DNA of 36,068 bases, from NCBI GenBank assembly GCA_043818335.1, contig JBDRFV010000004.1, positions 1 to 36,068 on the forward strand, in the 5' to 3' direction. Under the pieces are notes generated by a model. That model ran no database searches and was not told the DNA's origin. It worked only from the letters and a program-made list of their open reading frames with translations. The number at the start of each line of letters is the position of its first letter. Within the stretch, counting starts at the first letter, position 1. A program made the position numbers and the translations under genes. Shown here piece after piece: positions 1 to 9,718 of this stretch. The stretch comes from Patescibacteria group bacterium (GTDB lineage Bacteria > Patescibacteriota > Minisyncoccia > Phycocordibacterales > UBA9973).

Positions 1-124
1 CCTCGGCCGTAGCCTATAGGCGAGGCAGTGGTAAGAATGTATTTTGTTTGAGCGTGTAGTTCCCTCGGCCGTAGCCTATAGGCGAGGCAGTGGTAAGAAT
101 GTATTTTGTTTGAGCGTGTAGTTC
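1..124 (+). repeat. Perfect tandem duplication, 2 x 62 bp (1-62 = 63-124)
   Basis: Read base by base, the two copies are identical. Each unit holds a GC-rich hairpin (cctcggcc..ggcgagg), a TGGTAAGAAT box and the first 13 nt of the tRNA (gagcgtgtagttc). The window edge may hide further copies. Confidence 0.9.
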
Positions 125-186
125 AGTGGTAGAACGCTGTCCTGATAAGACAGAGGCCGATGGTTCGATCCCATCCACGCTCACCA
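112..186 (+). tRNA. tRNA-Ile, anticodon GAU, encoded CCA end
   Basis: Hand-folded 75-nt cloverleaf. Acceptor stem GAGCGTG/CACGCTC, D arm GTTC-AGTGGTA-GAAC, anticodon arm CTGTC-CTGATAA-GACAG, T arm GATGG-TTCGATC-CCATC, then ACCA. Confidence 0.9.
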
Positions 187-329
187 TGAAAAAAAATATT
201 ATAATAATTATTTTTATTTTTGTTTTACTTGTAGTGCAGGTGTATTTTTTCATGACTGATAAAGATAAGGAAATAACAACATTTGAGAGCATAAAAAATA
301 AGTTTTCTGGAACTAATTCTAGTAAATAA
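186..329 (+). CDS. Possible 47-aa single-pass membrane peptide (MKKNIIIIIFIFVLLVVQVYFFMTDKDKE...)
   Basis: Internal ATG of track ORF 126..329; the upstream part of that ORF overlaps the tRNA. It has a hydrophobic N-terminus. It is the same length as the small ORF at 29872..30015 and shares its VYF-M pattern. Confidence 0.3.
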   Translation: MKKNIIIIIFIFVLLVVQVYFFMTDKDKEITTFESIKNKFSGTNSSK

Positions 330-403
330 TTCTAGTTTGCATATAGATTTTTTTTCGTTTATAATAACAGAAAGTCATATTTTATGACTTTTATTTTATT
401 CTA

Positions 404-688
404 ATGGGAAACATAGAAAATACAGAAAATAATGAAAATAAGGTGAATAAAGACAGGTCTCCACGCCAGGGCGGGACAAGTTGGATGAAGCCTTTTTTGA
501 TTTTTTATGCTAAGACTACTTCTTGGATAATATTTCCATTAATTTTAGGACTTTTAGGAGGAAAATATGTAAGTAAGTCATTTGGCAGTCAGGGTTTATT
601 TTTTGTTTTTCTAATGACTGGTTTTTTAATAAGTTGTTATGGAATTTATAGAGAGATAAAAAAATATAAAAAAGATTTAGAAAAATAA
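404..688 (+). CDS. AtpZ/AtpI-like small membrane protein preceding the F-ATPase genes
   Basis: 94 aa with two hydrophobic helices. It lies immediately upstream of atpB (1-nt gap). Its size and position are typical of ATP synthase protein I/AtpZ. Confidence 0.6.
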   Translation: MGNIENTENNENKVNKDRSPRQGGTSWMKPFLIFYAKTTSWIIFPLILGLLGGKYVSKSFGSQGLFFVFLMTGFLISCYGIYREIKKYKKDLEK

Positions 689-689
689 C

Positions 690-1607
690 ATGGAAGAAAG
701 TGAAATACATGAAAATCAAATAGTAACACAAGAAGTTAGTCACGAAGTGACTATTTTTGCAGAACCTATTTTTCATATTGGAAACTTTGCAGTTACGAAT
801 TCACTTTTAACTTCTTGGCTAGCTGTTTTGGTAATATTTTTTCTTGCTTTATTTATAAGATTAAAATTAAAAAAAATACCAGGTAAATTACAAAATATTT
901 TTGAAGTTATTTTAGAAGGCGCTTTAGGTTTGGTTGATCAAGTAACTAACGATAGAAAAACTTCAAAAAAAATCTTTCCTTTGGTTCTTTCTTTGTTTCT
1001 TTTTATTTTAGTAAATAATTGGCTCGGGCTTATTCCAATTCTGGGTTCTATGGGTTTAATAGTTCAAGAAGGTGGACATTCTGCTTTTGTGCCATTTTTG
1101 CGTTCCGGAACAGCTGACATAAACACAACTTTGGCTTTAAGTATAATGATGGTTATTGGGTCAAATATTTTTGGAATTTTAACTATTGGTTTATGGAAAA
1201 CTTTCAATAAATATGTTAATCTAAAAGGACTTAGTGAGATTTTCACGAAAGTAAGAAAAAATCCAACTGTATTGATTGTTGCACCTATTAACTTCTTTGT
1301 TGGGCTCCTAGAACTTCTAGGAGAGTTCGCAAAAATAGCTTCACTTTCTTTTCGATTATTTGGTAACGTATTTGCAGGTGAAGTGCTTTTGGCTTCAATG
1401 GGAGCGATTTTTGCATTTATTATACCGGGACCGTTTTTATTTTTGGAAATTTTTGTTGGTTTAATTCAGGCTTTGATTTTTGCTTTGCTCGGAACGGTTT
1501 ACTTTACGATAGCTTCACAAGATCATTCAGAACATGATGAACATGACGAAAAAGAAATTGAGCAGGATATGGAAGAAGAAGTTAAAGAAATATTAGGTAG
1601 TGTTTAA
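690..1607 (+). CDS. atpB: F0F1 ATP synthase subunit a
   Basis: Has the signature SLSFRLFGNVFAGEVL with the essential Arg, is multi-pass hydrophobic, and sits in operon context. Confidence 0.95.
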   Translation: MEESEIHENQIVTQEVSHEVTIFAEPIFHIGNFAVTNSLLTSWLAVLVIFFLALFIRLKLKKIPGKLQNIFEVILEGALGLVDQVTNDRKTSKKIFPLVLSLFLFILVNNWLGLIPILGSMGLIVQEGGHSAFVPFLRSGTADINTTLALSIMMVIGSNIFGILTIGLWKTFNKYVNLKGLSEIFTKVRKNPTVLIVAPINFFVGLLELLGEFAKIASLSFRLFGNVFAGEVLLASMGAIFAFIIPGPFLFLEIFVGLIQALIFALLGTVYFTIASQDHSEHDEHDEKEIEQDMEEEVKEILGSV

Positions 1608-1611
1608 GATT

Positions 1612-1626
1612 TCCGCCAGAGGCGGA
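1612..1626 (+). promoter_or_regulatory. GC-rich hairpin tccgcc-aga-ggcgga directly after the atpB stop codon
   Basis: Perfect 6-bp GC stem in an AT-rich spacer between atpB and atpE. There is no T-run after it, so it is more likely an mRNA processing or stability element than a full terminator. Confidence 0.4.
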
Positions 1627-1706
1627 TAAAATTATAAGTTAAGTTAGTCGAAAAAATTATTAGTTTAATTATAAATAACATCTTATTTTCAAAAAATAAT
1701 AAATAA

Positions 1707-1967
<261 letters not shown>

Positions 1968-2001
1968 AAAATTAAAAAGAAATTAAATAGAATTTAAAAG
2001 A

Positions 2002-2493
2002 ATGGATGAATTAATTACAACATTTCATATAGATTGGAAATTAATGATTGCGCAAATTGTTAATTTTGGGCTTGTTTTTGCTGCACTTTATTTTATTGCG
2101 GCTAAGCCTTTGAGTAAATTAGTAAAAAACAGAACAGAAGAAATTACTACTGGATTAGATAATGCAAAAAAAGCAGAATCAGAAGTTGCAAACGCAAACA
2201 TTAAAAGAGAAGAAATAATAAAAGGTGCTAAAGACGATGCTAAGAAAGTTTTAGCAAGTTCTCAAGCTGATGGAAAAGAAATAATAAAAGAAGCTAAATC
2301 TAAGGCTGATCTTGAAAAAGAAGAAATAATTAAACAAGCAAAGCTTGATGCTGAAAAAGCAAAAAAAGGTGCTGACGAAGCTGTTCGAGCTGAAGCGGCT
2401 GGACTTGTTTCTGCTGGAATAAAGAAAATTATGGAAAGCCACATAGCTTCTGGAAAGGGTGAAGATATTATTAAAGCAATGCTTCACAAATAA
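2002..2493 (+). CDS. atpF: F0F1 ATP synthase subunit b
   Basis: Single N-terminal TM helix followed by a long charged K/E/A-rich helix. Position between c and delta. Confidence 0.85.
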   Translation: MDELITTFHIDWKLMIAQIVNFGLVFAALYFIAAKPLSKLVKNRTEEITTGLDNAKKAESEVANANIKREEIIKGAKDDAKKVLASSQADGKEIIKEAKSKADLEKEEIIKQAKLDAEKAKKGADEAVRAEAAGLVSAGIKKIMESHIASGKGEDIIKAMLHK

Positions 2494-2503
2494 ATAAAAA
2501 ATT

Positions 2504-2878
2504 ATGATTAAATCAAAACAATTAGCTCAAGCTTTATTTCAACTTTCTGAAGAGAAGGTAGAAAGTCTTGATGCGAAATTTTTTGATTTTATTGAAAAAA
2601 GAAATTTAACAGCGCAACTTCCTTCAGTAATTTATCACTTAGAAAGAATGATCGAATTAGATAAAGAAAAAAAGGGAATTCAGATAGAAATAGCGCATGA
2701 GATTTCTAACGAAACTACTAAGAATATTAAAACTTTTCTGAAAGCTGAAGATTTACCAGAAGTTATAAAAATAAAAAAAGAGTTAATAGCAGGATTTAGA
2801 GCAAAATGGAAAGGAACTATTTATGATGCAAGTATTAAAAATAGTTTGAAAAAATTAGAAGAAGTTATTATTAAATAA
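2504..2878 (+). CDS. atpH: F0F1 ATP synthase subunit delta (OSCP-like), unusually short (124 aa)
   Basis: N-terminus LAQALFQLSEEK and C-terminus ELIAGFRAKWKGTIYDASIKNSLKKL resemble OSCP termini. Sits in the operon position between b and alpha. Confidence 0.7.
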   Translation: MIKSKQLAQALFQLSEEKVESLDAKFFDFIEKRNLTAQLPSVIYHLERMIELDKEKKGIQIEIAHEISNETTKNIKTFLKAEDLPEVIKIKKELIAGFRAKWKGTIYDASIKNSLKKLEEVIIK

Positions 2879-2891
2879 ATTATAAAATTAT

Positions 2892-3782
2892 ATGGAAGAC
2901 TCAATACCTAATTTAAATAAAGAAAATAAAGAAGAAAAACCAGAACTTGAAGCCGTTCCTATTTTTCGCAATAATGACTTATATGCGGAATTATTTCCTG
3001 AGATTAAACCTGCTTTTGAAAAGGGTGAGGAACCTACTGTAAAAAAAATTCTTGATGCAATTATTCAATATAAAGATAAGAAAGTTATTTTAGATTCAAC
3101 GTGTGCTTATAAAATAATGGATATGGATAAAGAGGAAGTAAGTATAAGTGATTTTCCTAAAGAATTTGAACTAAATGAACTTCCAGACCACCCAACAAAT
3201 GAATATATAATTGACACTAAAAAAATATTTCAACTATTGAAAGAAAAATTTAATATAACAATAGTAAGTCAGCCAGTTGAGGATGAAAGATTTGCACCAC
3301 CACTTATTTCTATTGACGAAAAAATTGCAAAAATATTAGCAAGTACTTTTTCTCAAGAATTGATTGGGGAACTTTTTTCAATAGCAAAACAAAAAAATCA
3401 AAATATTAAAAAAGTTTATATTCTTACAGAAAATATAAATGATCATATTCACGGTAAAAATAGAGATGAAGTTATTCCAACAGTTATTTCTGTTTTAACT
3501 GATGAAGTTAAGAAAAATTTTGGGATAGAACCGATTATTCTTCCAACTATGAGTGAATCTGAAATAAAAGATGGGGATCTTATTGTAGTAGATAGGCATA
3601 ATTTATTAGTAAGAGGAAAAATAGTTGAACAAAAACCTACTCAATTTTCGATGTTGCCAATGGAAACAGAATTATCTAACAATGAACGTTATTTAGAAAA
3701 TAAACCAGAAAAAAGTAAATTGATTATTTTATTACATAAAGAGTTTGAGAAAGAGGAAGAGAAAAAAGAATTTAAAAATTAA
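2892..3782 (+). CDS. Hypothetical 296-aa acidic protein inserted between atpH and atpA
   Basis: Long clean ORF on the operon strand. I recognise no motif. Confidence 0.6.
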   Translation: MEDSIPNLNKENKEEKPELEAVPIFRNNDLYAELFPEIKPAFEKGEEPTVKKILDAIIQYKDKKVILDSTCAYKIMDMDKEEVSISDFPKEFELNELPDHPTNEYIIDTKKIFQLLKEKFNITIVSQPVEDERFAPPLISIDEKIAKILASTFSQELIGELFSIAKQKNQNIKKVYILTENINDHIHGKNRDEVIPTVISVLTDEVKKNFGIEPIILPTMSESEIKDGDLIVVDRHNLLVRGKIVEQKPTQFSMLPMETELSNNERYLENKPEKSKLIILLHKEFEKEEEKKEFKN

Positions 3783-3813
3783 AAATTATTAATAACATTA
3801 CAAAAATAAAATT

Positions 3814-5301
3814 ATGAGCGCGAATGCAACAATAGAAAATTTAAAAAAGCGAATAGCAGATTTCAAAGGAGGAGCAGAAAGTTATGAATACGGAACTGTT
3901 CTTTCTATTACTGACGGAATAGCAAAAATTTCTGGTCTGACAAAATGTCAGTCATCGGAAATGGTTTCTTTCGAATCTGGAGCAACCGGACTTGCGTTGA
4001 ATCTTGAAGAAGATTCAGTGGGTGCAATTGTTCTTGGAGATTTCACAAAAATTAAAGAAGGAGAAACAGTAAAAAGAACAAATAAAATTCTTTCAATTCC
4101 AGTCGGTGATAAGTTTATTGGTCGTGTGGTAAATCCACTTGGTATGCCAATTGACGAAGCAGGAGAAATAAAAGCAGATGCTATTTATCCTGTTGAAAAA
4201 ATTGCGCCAGGAGTTATGACTCGTGAACCGGTGAAAACTCCAGTTCAAACTGGTATTAAAGCAATTGATGCCATGATTCCGATTGGCCGTGGTCAGCGTG
4301 AGTTAATAATCGGTGATAGACAAACTGGAAAAACTGCAATTGCAGTTGATACTATTTTAAATCAAAAAGGACAGAATTTAATTTGTATTTATGTTGCTAT
4401 TTCGCAAAAACAATCCAAGATCGCTCGTATGGTTTCTAAATTAAAAGAAGCTGGCGCTATGGATTATACTATTGTTGTTTCTGCTGGATCTTCTGATGGA
4501 CCAGCTTTCTCATATCTTGCACCATATTCTGGCACAGCGCTTGCCGAATATTTTTGTGATAAAGGAAAAGATGTTTTGATGGTTTATGATGATCTTTCAA
4601 AACACGCAGTTGCATATCGTGAAATTTCACTTCTTCTTCGTCGTCCACCAGGTCGTGAAGCTTATCCTGGAGACGTTTTCTATCTTCACTCTCGTTTGTT
4701 AGAACGCGCATGTAGATTAAATAAAAACTACGGTGGCGGTTCTATTACTGCTTTGCCAATTATTGAAACTCAGGCTGGTGACTTGTCTGCTTATATTCCA
4801 ACAAATGTTATTTCTATTACTGACGGACAGATTTTCTTGGAAACTGGATTATTTAACAAAGGTATTCGCCCAGCTATTAATGCAGGACTTTCAGTTTCTC
4901 GTGTGGGTTCAAATGCTCAAATTAAATCAATGAAAAAAGTTGCAGGTAAAATGAAACTTACTATGGCGCAATTTCGTGAATTAGAATCTTTTGCGCAATT
5001 TGGATCAGATCTTGATGTTGAAACTAAAAAAGCAATTAACAGAGGACAAAAAGTTACAGAATTATTAAAACAAAATCAATATTCACCAATAGCTGTTGCA
5101 AAACAAGTTTGTGCTATTTATGCAGTGAACGAAGGATATTTAGATGAATTAGAACTTACAGAAATAAAAGCTTGGGAAGAAAATTTCTACGCGCATTTAG
5201 AAAGAAGTAAAAAAGCTTTACTTACTAATATAGAAAAAGATTGGGATGAAAAAATTGAAGCAGAATTAAAAGATGTAATTAAAGAATTTTTGGGGAATTA
5301 G
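3814..5301 (+). CDS. atpA: F0F1 ATP synthase subunit alpha
   Basis: Walker A GDRQTGKT and the conserved stretches [27 protein letters not shown] and ITDGQIFLE. Confidence 0.97.
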   Translation: MSANATIENLKKRIADFKGGAESYEYGTVLSITDGIAKISGLTKCQSSEMVSFESGATGLALNLEEDSVGAIVLGDFTKIKEGETVKRTNKILSIPVGDKFIGRVVNPLGMPIDEAGEIKADAIYPVEKIAPGVMTREPVKTPVQTGIKAIDAMIPIGRGQRELIIGDRQTGKTAIAVDTILNQKGQNLICIYVAISQKQSKIARMVSKLKEAGAMDYTIVVSAGSSDGPAFSYLAPYSGTALAEYFCDKGKDVLMVYDDLSKHAVAYREISLLLRRPPGREAYPGDVFYLHSRLLERACRLNKNYGGGSITALPIIETQAGDLSAYIPTNVISITDGQIFLETGLFNKGIRPAINAGLSVSRVGSNAQIKSMKKVAGKMKLTMAQFRELESFAQFGSDLDVETKKAINRGQKVTELLKQNQYSPIAVAKQVCAIYAVNEGYLDELELTEIKAWEENFYAHLERSKKALLTNIEKDWDEKIEAELKDVIKEFLGN

Positions 5302-5307
5302 TAAACC

Positions 5308-5847
5308 ATGAAAAATACTTTTGAAAAATTGAATAATTGGGAAATACGAAAACTCGAAATTGAAAGGCAGGTAGAGTATTTAAAAAATAATTGTATGGGA
5401 GAAGAAGAAAGAAACAATCTTACAAAAATTTTAGAAGAGTATTCTACAAAAGCTGATAGTTTGAGCGAAAGAAGATTAGATATTGCTTTAACTTGGAAAA
5501 AAAAGATAGAAAAATCTACACTCACAATGCAAACACTCCCAGAATTAAGATATGCATTAGAAGTTATGAAATTATCAAAAGAGGTTATTGAAGATACTCT
5601 TGCACATGAAAATGCTCATGGAAACAAAGCAGATGAACTGGGTGCAAGACATTTAGGATATAAACTTACTTTTGCTAAATCAAAAAATGGAGGAATTTGT
5701 TTTTTCCCAATGGCAGAATTATATATTCCTGAAGAAGATGAAGGGTGGACAAAAGAGAAGCAAAAAAGAGTAGATGAAGAAATTACTCGGGCACCTGAAA
5801 TTTATGGGAATGAATTATCAGATAGTGATAAAGAAAAATTAAAATAA
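5308..5847 (+). CDS. Hypothetical 179-aa protein with an HExxH motif (LAHENAHGN), inserted between atpA and atpG
   Basis: ORF on the operon strand. The only recognisable feature is HENAH at about residue 100. A metallopeptidase role is inference. Confidence 0.55.
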   Translation: MKNTFEKLNNWEIRKLEIERQVEYLKNNCMGEEERNNLTKILEEYSTKADSLSERRLDIALTWKKKIEKSTLTMQTLPELRYALEVMKLSKEVIEDTLAHENAHGNKADELGARHLGYKLTFAKSKNGGICFFPMAELYIPEEDEGWTKEKQKRVDEEITRAPEIYGNELSDSDKEKLK

Positions 5848-5848
5848 T

Positions 5849-6688
5849 ATGGCATTAGCACAAAAAGCGGAAAAGAATATTACATTGTTTGAAGGAAATA
5901 AAGTCCGACGAATTTGGCATGACGGCAGATGGTTTTTTTCTGTGATCGATGTAATTCAAGTTTTAACAGAAAGTACTATACCAAAAAGATACTGGTCTGA
6001 TCTTAAAAATAGGCTTAAATTGGAAGGTAGTGAAGTGTACGAAAAAATCGTACGGTTGAAACTAATTGCGGAAGACGGTAAATATAGAGAAACAGATATA
6101 GCTGATGCACAAATAATGCTTCGTCTTATCCAATCAATTCCATCGCCAAAAGCTGAACCTTTTAAAATATGGTTGGCAAAAGTAGGACAAGAACGGTTAG
6201 AAGAAATAGAAGATCCAGAACGAGCAATGTTACGAGCGCAGAAAATTTACGAAATGAAAGGTTATTCAGAAGAATGGATTGGAAAAAGGATGCGAGGAAT
6301 TGCTGTGCGAAATACTTTGACTGACGAATGGGACAAGCGAGGCATAAAAAATAAAATTGAGTACGCGATTTTGACAAATGAAATAATGCAAGGAACTTTT
6401 GATATGAAAGTGGAAGATTATAAAAAACATAAAAATCTTGCGATGCAACATAATTTAAGAGATCATATGGGAGATATTGAATTGATTTTAACCATGCTTG
6501 CTGAAGCTACAACAACAAAACTTTCCATTGATCGTGATTCAAAAGGTTTCAGAAAATTACATGGCGACGCGAAAGAAGGTGGGGAAATTGTTGGTAAAAC
6601 TCGCAAAGAAATAGAAAACCGTTCTGGTAAAAAAATCGCAACCCAGAAGAATTTTTTGAATATTAAAAAGAAAAAGATGTTAAAATAA
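5849..6688 (+). CDS. DinD-like / Bro-N domain protein (DNA-damage-inducible protein D family)
   Basis: The N-terminus FEGNKVRRIWHDGRWFFSVIDVIQVL is typical of Bro-N. The later segment PFKIWLAKVGQERLEEIEDPERA...KGYSEEWI...IAVRNTLTDEW matches DinD-type proteins as I recall them. Confidence 0.75.
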   Translation: MALAQKAEKNITLFEGNKVRRIWHDGRWFFSVIDVIQVLTESTIPKRYWSDLKNRLKLEGSEVYEKIVRLKLIAEDGKYRETDIADAQIMLRLIQSIPSPKAEPFKIWLAKVGQERLEEIEDPERAMLRAQKIYEMKGYSEEWIGKRMRGIAVRNTLTDEWDKRGIKNKIEYAILTNEIMQGTFDMKVEDYKKHKNLAMQHNLRDHMGDIELILTMLAEATTTKLSIDRDSKGFRKLHGDAKEGGEIVGKTRKEIENRSGKKIATQKNFLNIKKKKMLK

Positions 6689-6700
6689 TTTTATAATTTT

Positions 6701-6775
6701 ATGCTATTAGCACAAAAAGCAACCCCAGAAGCAGAACAAGTTCGCTACGGGGCAGGTAAAACAAAAAATAAATGA
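6701..6775 (+). CDS. Possible 24-aa ORF (MLLAQKATPEAEQVRYGAGKTKNK) overlapping the atpG start by ATGA
   Basis: Its first 20 nt nearly repeat the start of the dinD-like gene (ATGGCATTAGCACAAAAAGC vs ATGCTATTAGCACAAAAAGC). It may be a relic rather than a gene. Confidence 0.2.
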   Translation: MLLAQKATPEAEQVRYGAGKTKNK

Positions 6776-7683
6776 AAACGAAAGAAATAAAACTTAAGAT
6801 TAAATCAGTAAGCAACATCAAGAAAATCACCAAAACAATGGAGATGGTTTCTGTTTCAAAAATGCGTCGCGCAGTTGATAAAGCTTTATCTTCTCGTTCT
6901 TATTCGCATTATGCTTTAGAGCTTTTGGTGAATTTGTCTAGAGATAAAAATACCGAGCATCCTTTGATGATTACTCCAGCAAAAGCAGAAAATAAAGAAC
7001 TTTTAATTATTGTTACAAGTAATAAGGGCTTGTGTGGTGGTTATCATACGAATTTATTTAAAGCGTTAAATTTATATATTAAAAAAGAAGAAAATAAAAA
7101 TAGGGAATTTAAAGCAGTAACTATTGGAAAATACGGCGAAAAAATTTGTAAAAAATTAAATATTCCAATGTTTGCTAGTTTTATAACTTTTTCTGAACAT
7201 TCAGATATTAATCAGACAAAAGAGTTGAGCGATTTAGTTGCAGAAGAATTTAAAAAAGGAGAATATGCAAGTGTAAAAATTTTATATACAGAATTTTTGA
7301 AATCAACTACTTACAAACCAGTTTTGCGAGAATTATTTCCATTAAGTGTAGAAACAGTAAAAAACGTAGTGGAAGATATTTCAGAAAACGAAGGAGTTGT
7401 AATAGACGAAAAAAGTTTAGTTGATTATCAGTTTGAACCAGATTTGAATATTATATTAGAAAGTATCTTGCCTGGTTTAGTAGATATTGTTGTGTATCAG
7501 ACTTTAGCTGAAGCATATGCTTCAGAGCACTCAGCAAGAATGTTTGCTATGAAAAATGCAGGAGACAGCGCAAGTACGATTTTAGATGAACTTACACTTT
7601 CTTATAATCATGCAAGACAAGATGGAATTACAAAAGAGCTTTTCGAAATAGTCGCCGGAGCGGAAGCTTTAAATACGAATTAG
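6772..7683 (+). CDS. atpG: F0F1 ATP synthase subunit gamma
   Basis: N-terminus IKSVSNIKKITKTMEMVSVSKMRRA and C-terminus ARQDGITKELFEIVAGAEAL are classic gamma termini. Confidence 0.93.
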   Translation: MKTKEIKLKIKSVSNIKKITKTMEMVSVSKMRRAVDKALSSRSYSHYALELLVNLSRDKNTEHPLMITPAKAENKELLIIVTSNKGLCGGYHTNLFKALNLYIKKEENKNREFKAVTIGKYGEKICKKLNIPMFASFITFSEHSDINQTKELSDLVAEEFKKGEYASVKILYTEFLKSTTYKPVLRELFPLSVETVKNVVEDISENEGVVIDEKSLVDYQFEPDLNIILESILPGLVDIVVYQTLAEAYASEHSARMFAMKNAGDSASTILDELTLSYNHARQDGITKELFEIVAGAEALNTN

Positions 7684-7688
7684 AAATT

Positions 7689-7961
7689 ATGGAAAATCTT
7701 GAACAACAATCTGAATTAAAAAAGTTAAAATTTTCAAATGAAGGCATTATGTTATATGAAGATAATCAGCTTATTTTAAGTGAAAAATTAAAAAAAGAAG
7801 GATGGATGTTGGGAATGAGTTTTCAAGATAAAAGTAATGAAAAAATTGTTTCTGATGAAATTATAAGATTAAAAAGTTTGAAATATGAAGTAATGGGATT
7901 AATGGTAAGAGGGAAGGAATACATTAAGTGTTTAATATATAGAGATACTTTAAAAAAGTAA
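7689..7961 (+). CDS. Hypothetical 90-aa protein inserted between atpG and atpD
   Basis: ORF on the operon strand, 5 nt after the atpG stop. No motif recognised. Confidence 0.45.
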   Translation: MENLEQQSELKKLKFSNEGIMLYEDNQLILSEKLKKEGWMLGMSFQDKSNEKIVSDEIIRLKSLKYEVMGLMVRGKEYIKCLIYRDTLKK

Positions 7962-7996
7962 AATTATTAAAAAATTATTATTATTAAAATTATTAA

Positions 7997-9400
<1,404 letters not shown>

Positions 9401-9410
9401 ATTAAATTAA

Positions 9411-9668
9411 ATGCATAAGATTAAATTAGCTATAATTGCAAAAGATAAAATAGCATATCAGGATGAAGCTGATGCGGTTTTTGTACCTACGCAAACTGGA
9501 TTGATAGAAGTTTTGCCAGAACATATGCAGTTAGTTTCAGCTTTGCAAAAAGGAGAAATAATAGTTAAAAAAGGAAACGAGTCTAAAAAATTTAAAGTTT
9601 TGTCTGGTGTGCTAGAAGTTAGAAAAAATAGTAACGTAATTATTCTGGCTGATATAGAAAAAGCCTAG
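9411..9668 (+). CDS. atpC: F0F1 ATP synthase subunit epsilon, short form (85 aa, beta-sandwich only)
   Basis: Position after atpD and a pattern like the epsilon N-terminal domain. The protein ends where the C-terminal helical hairpin would normally begin. Confidence 0.75.
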   Translation: MHKIKLAIIAKDKIAYQDEADAVFVPTQTGLIEVLPEHMQLVSALQKGEIIVKKGNESKKFKVLSGVLEVRKNSNVIILADIEKA

Positions 9669-9718
9669 CCCATAGGCCAATGGCCGAGGGAAGAATAATT
9701 TTTTACTAGAATTTAAAT

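Noticed and set aside
14-329. Track ORFs 14..292 (-) and the 5' part of 126..329 (+)
   Set aside because: They overlap the tRNA-Ile gene and the 62-bp tandem repeat. Their translations are low-complexity. Only the part from the internal ATG at 186 was kept, as a low-confidence small ORF.
5308-6688. Prophage or integrative element inside the ATP synthase operon
   Set aside because: Only a Bro-N/DinD gene and a small HExxH gene are present. I see no integrase, transposase, terminal inverted repeats or structural genes. It is reported as a repeat-flanked cassette only.
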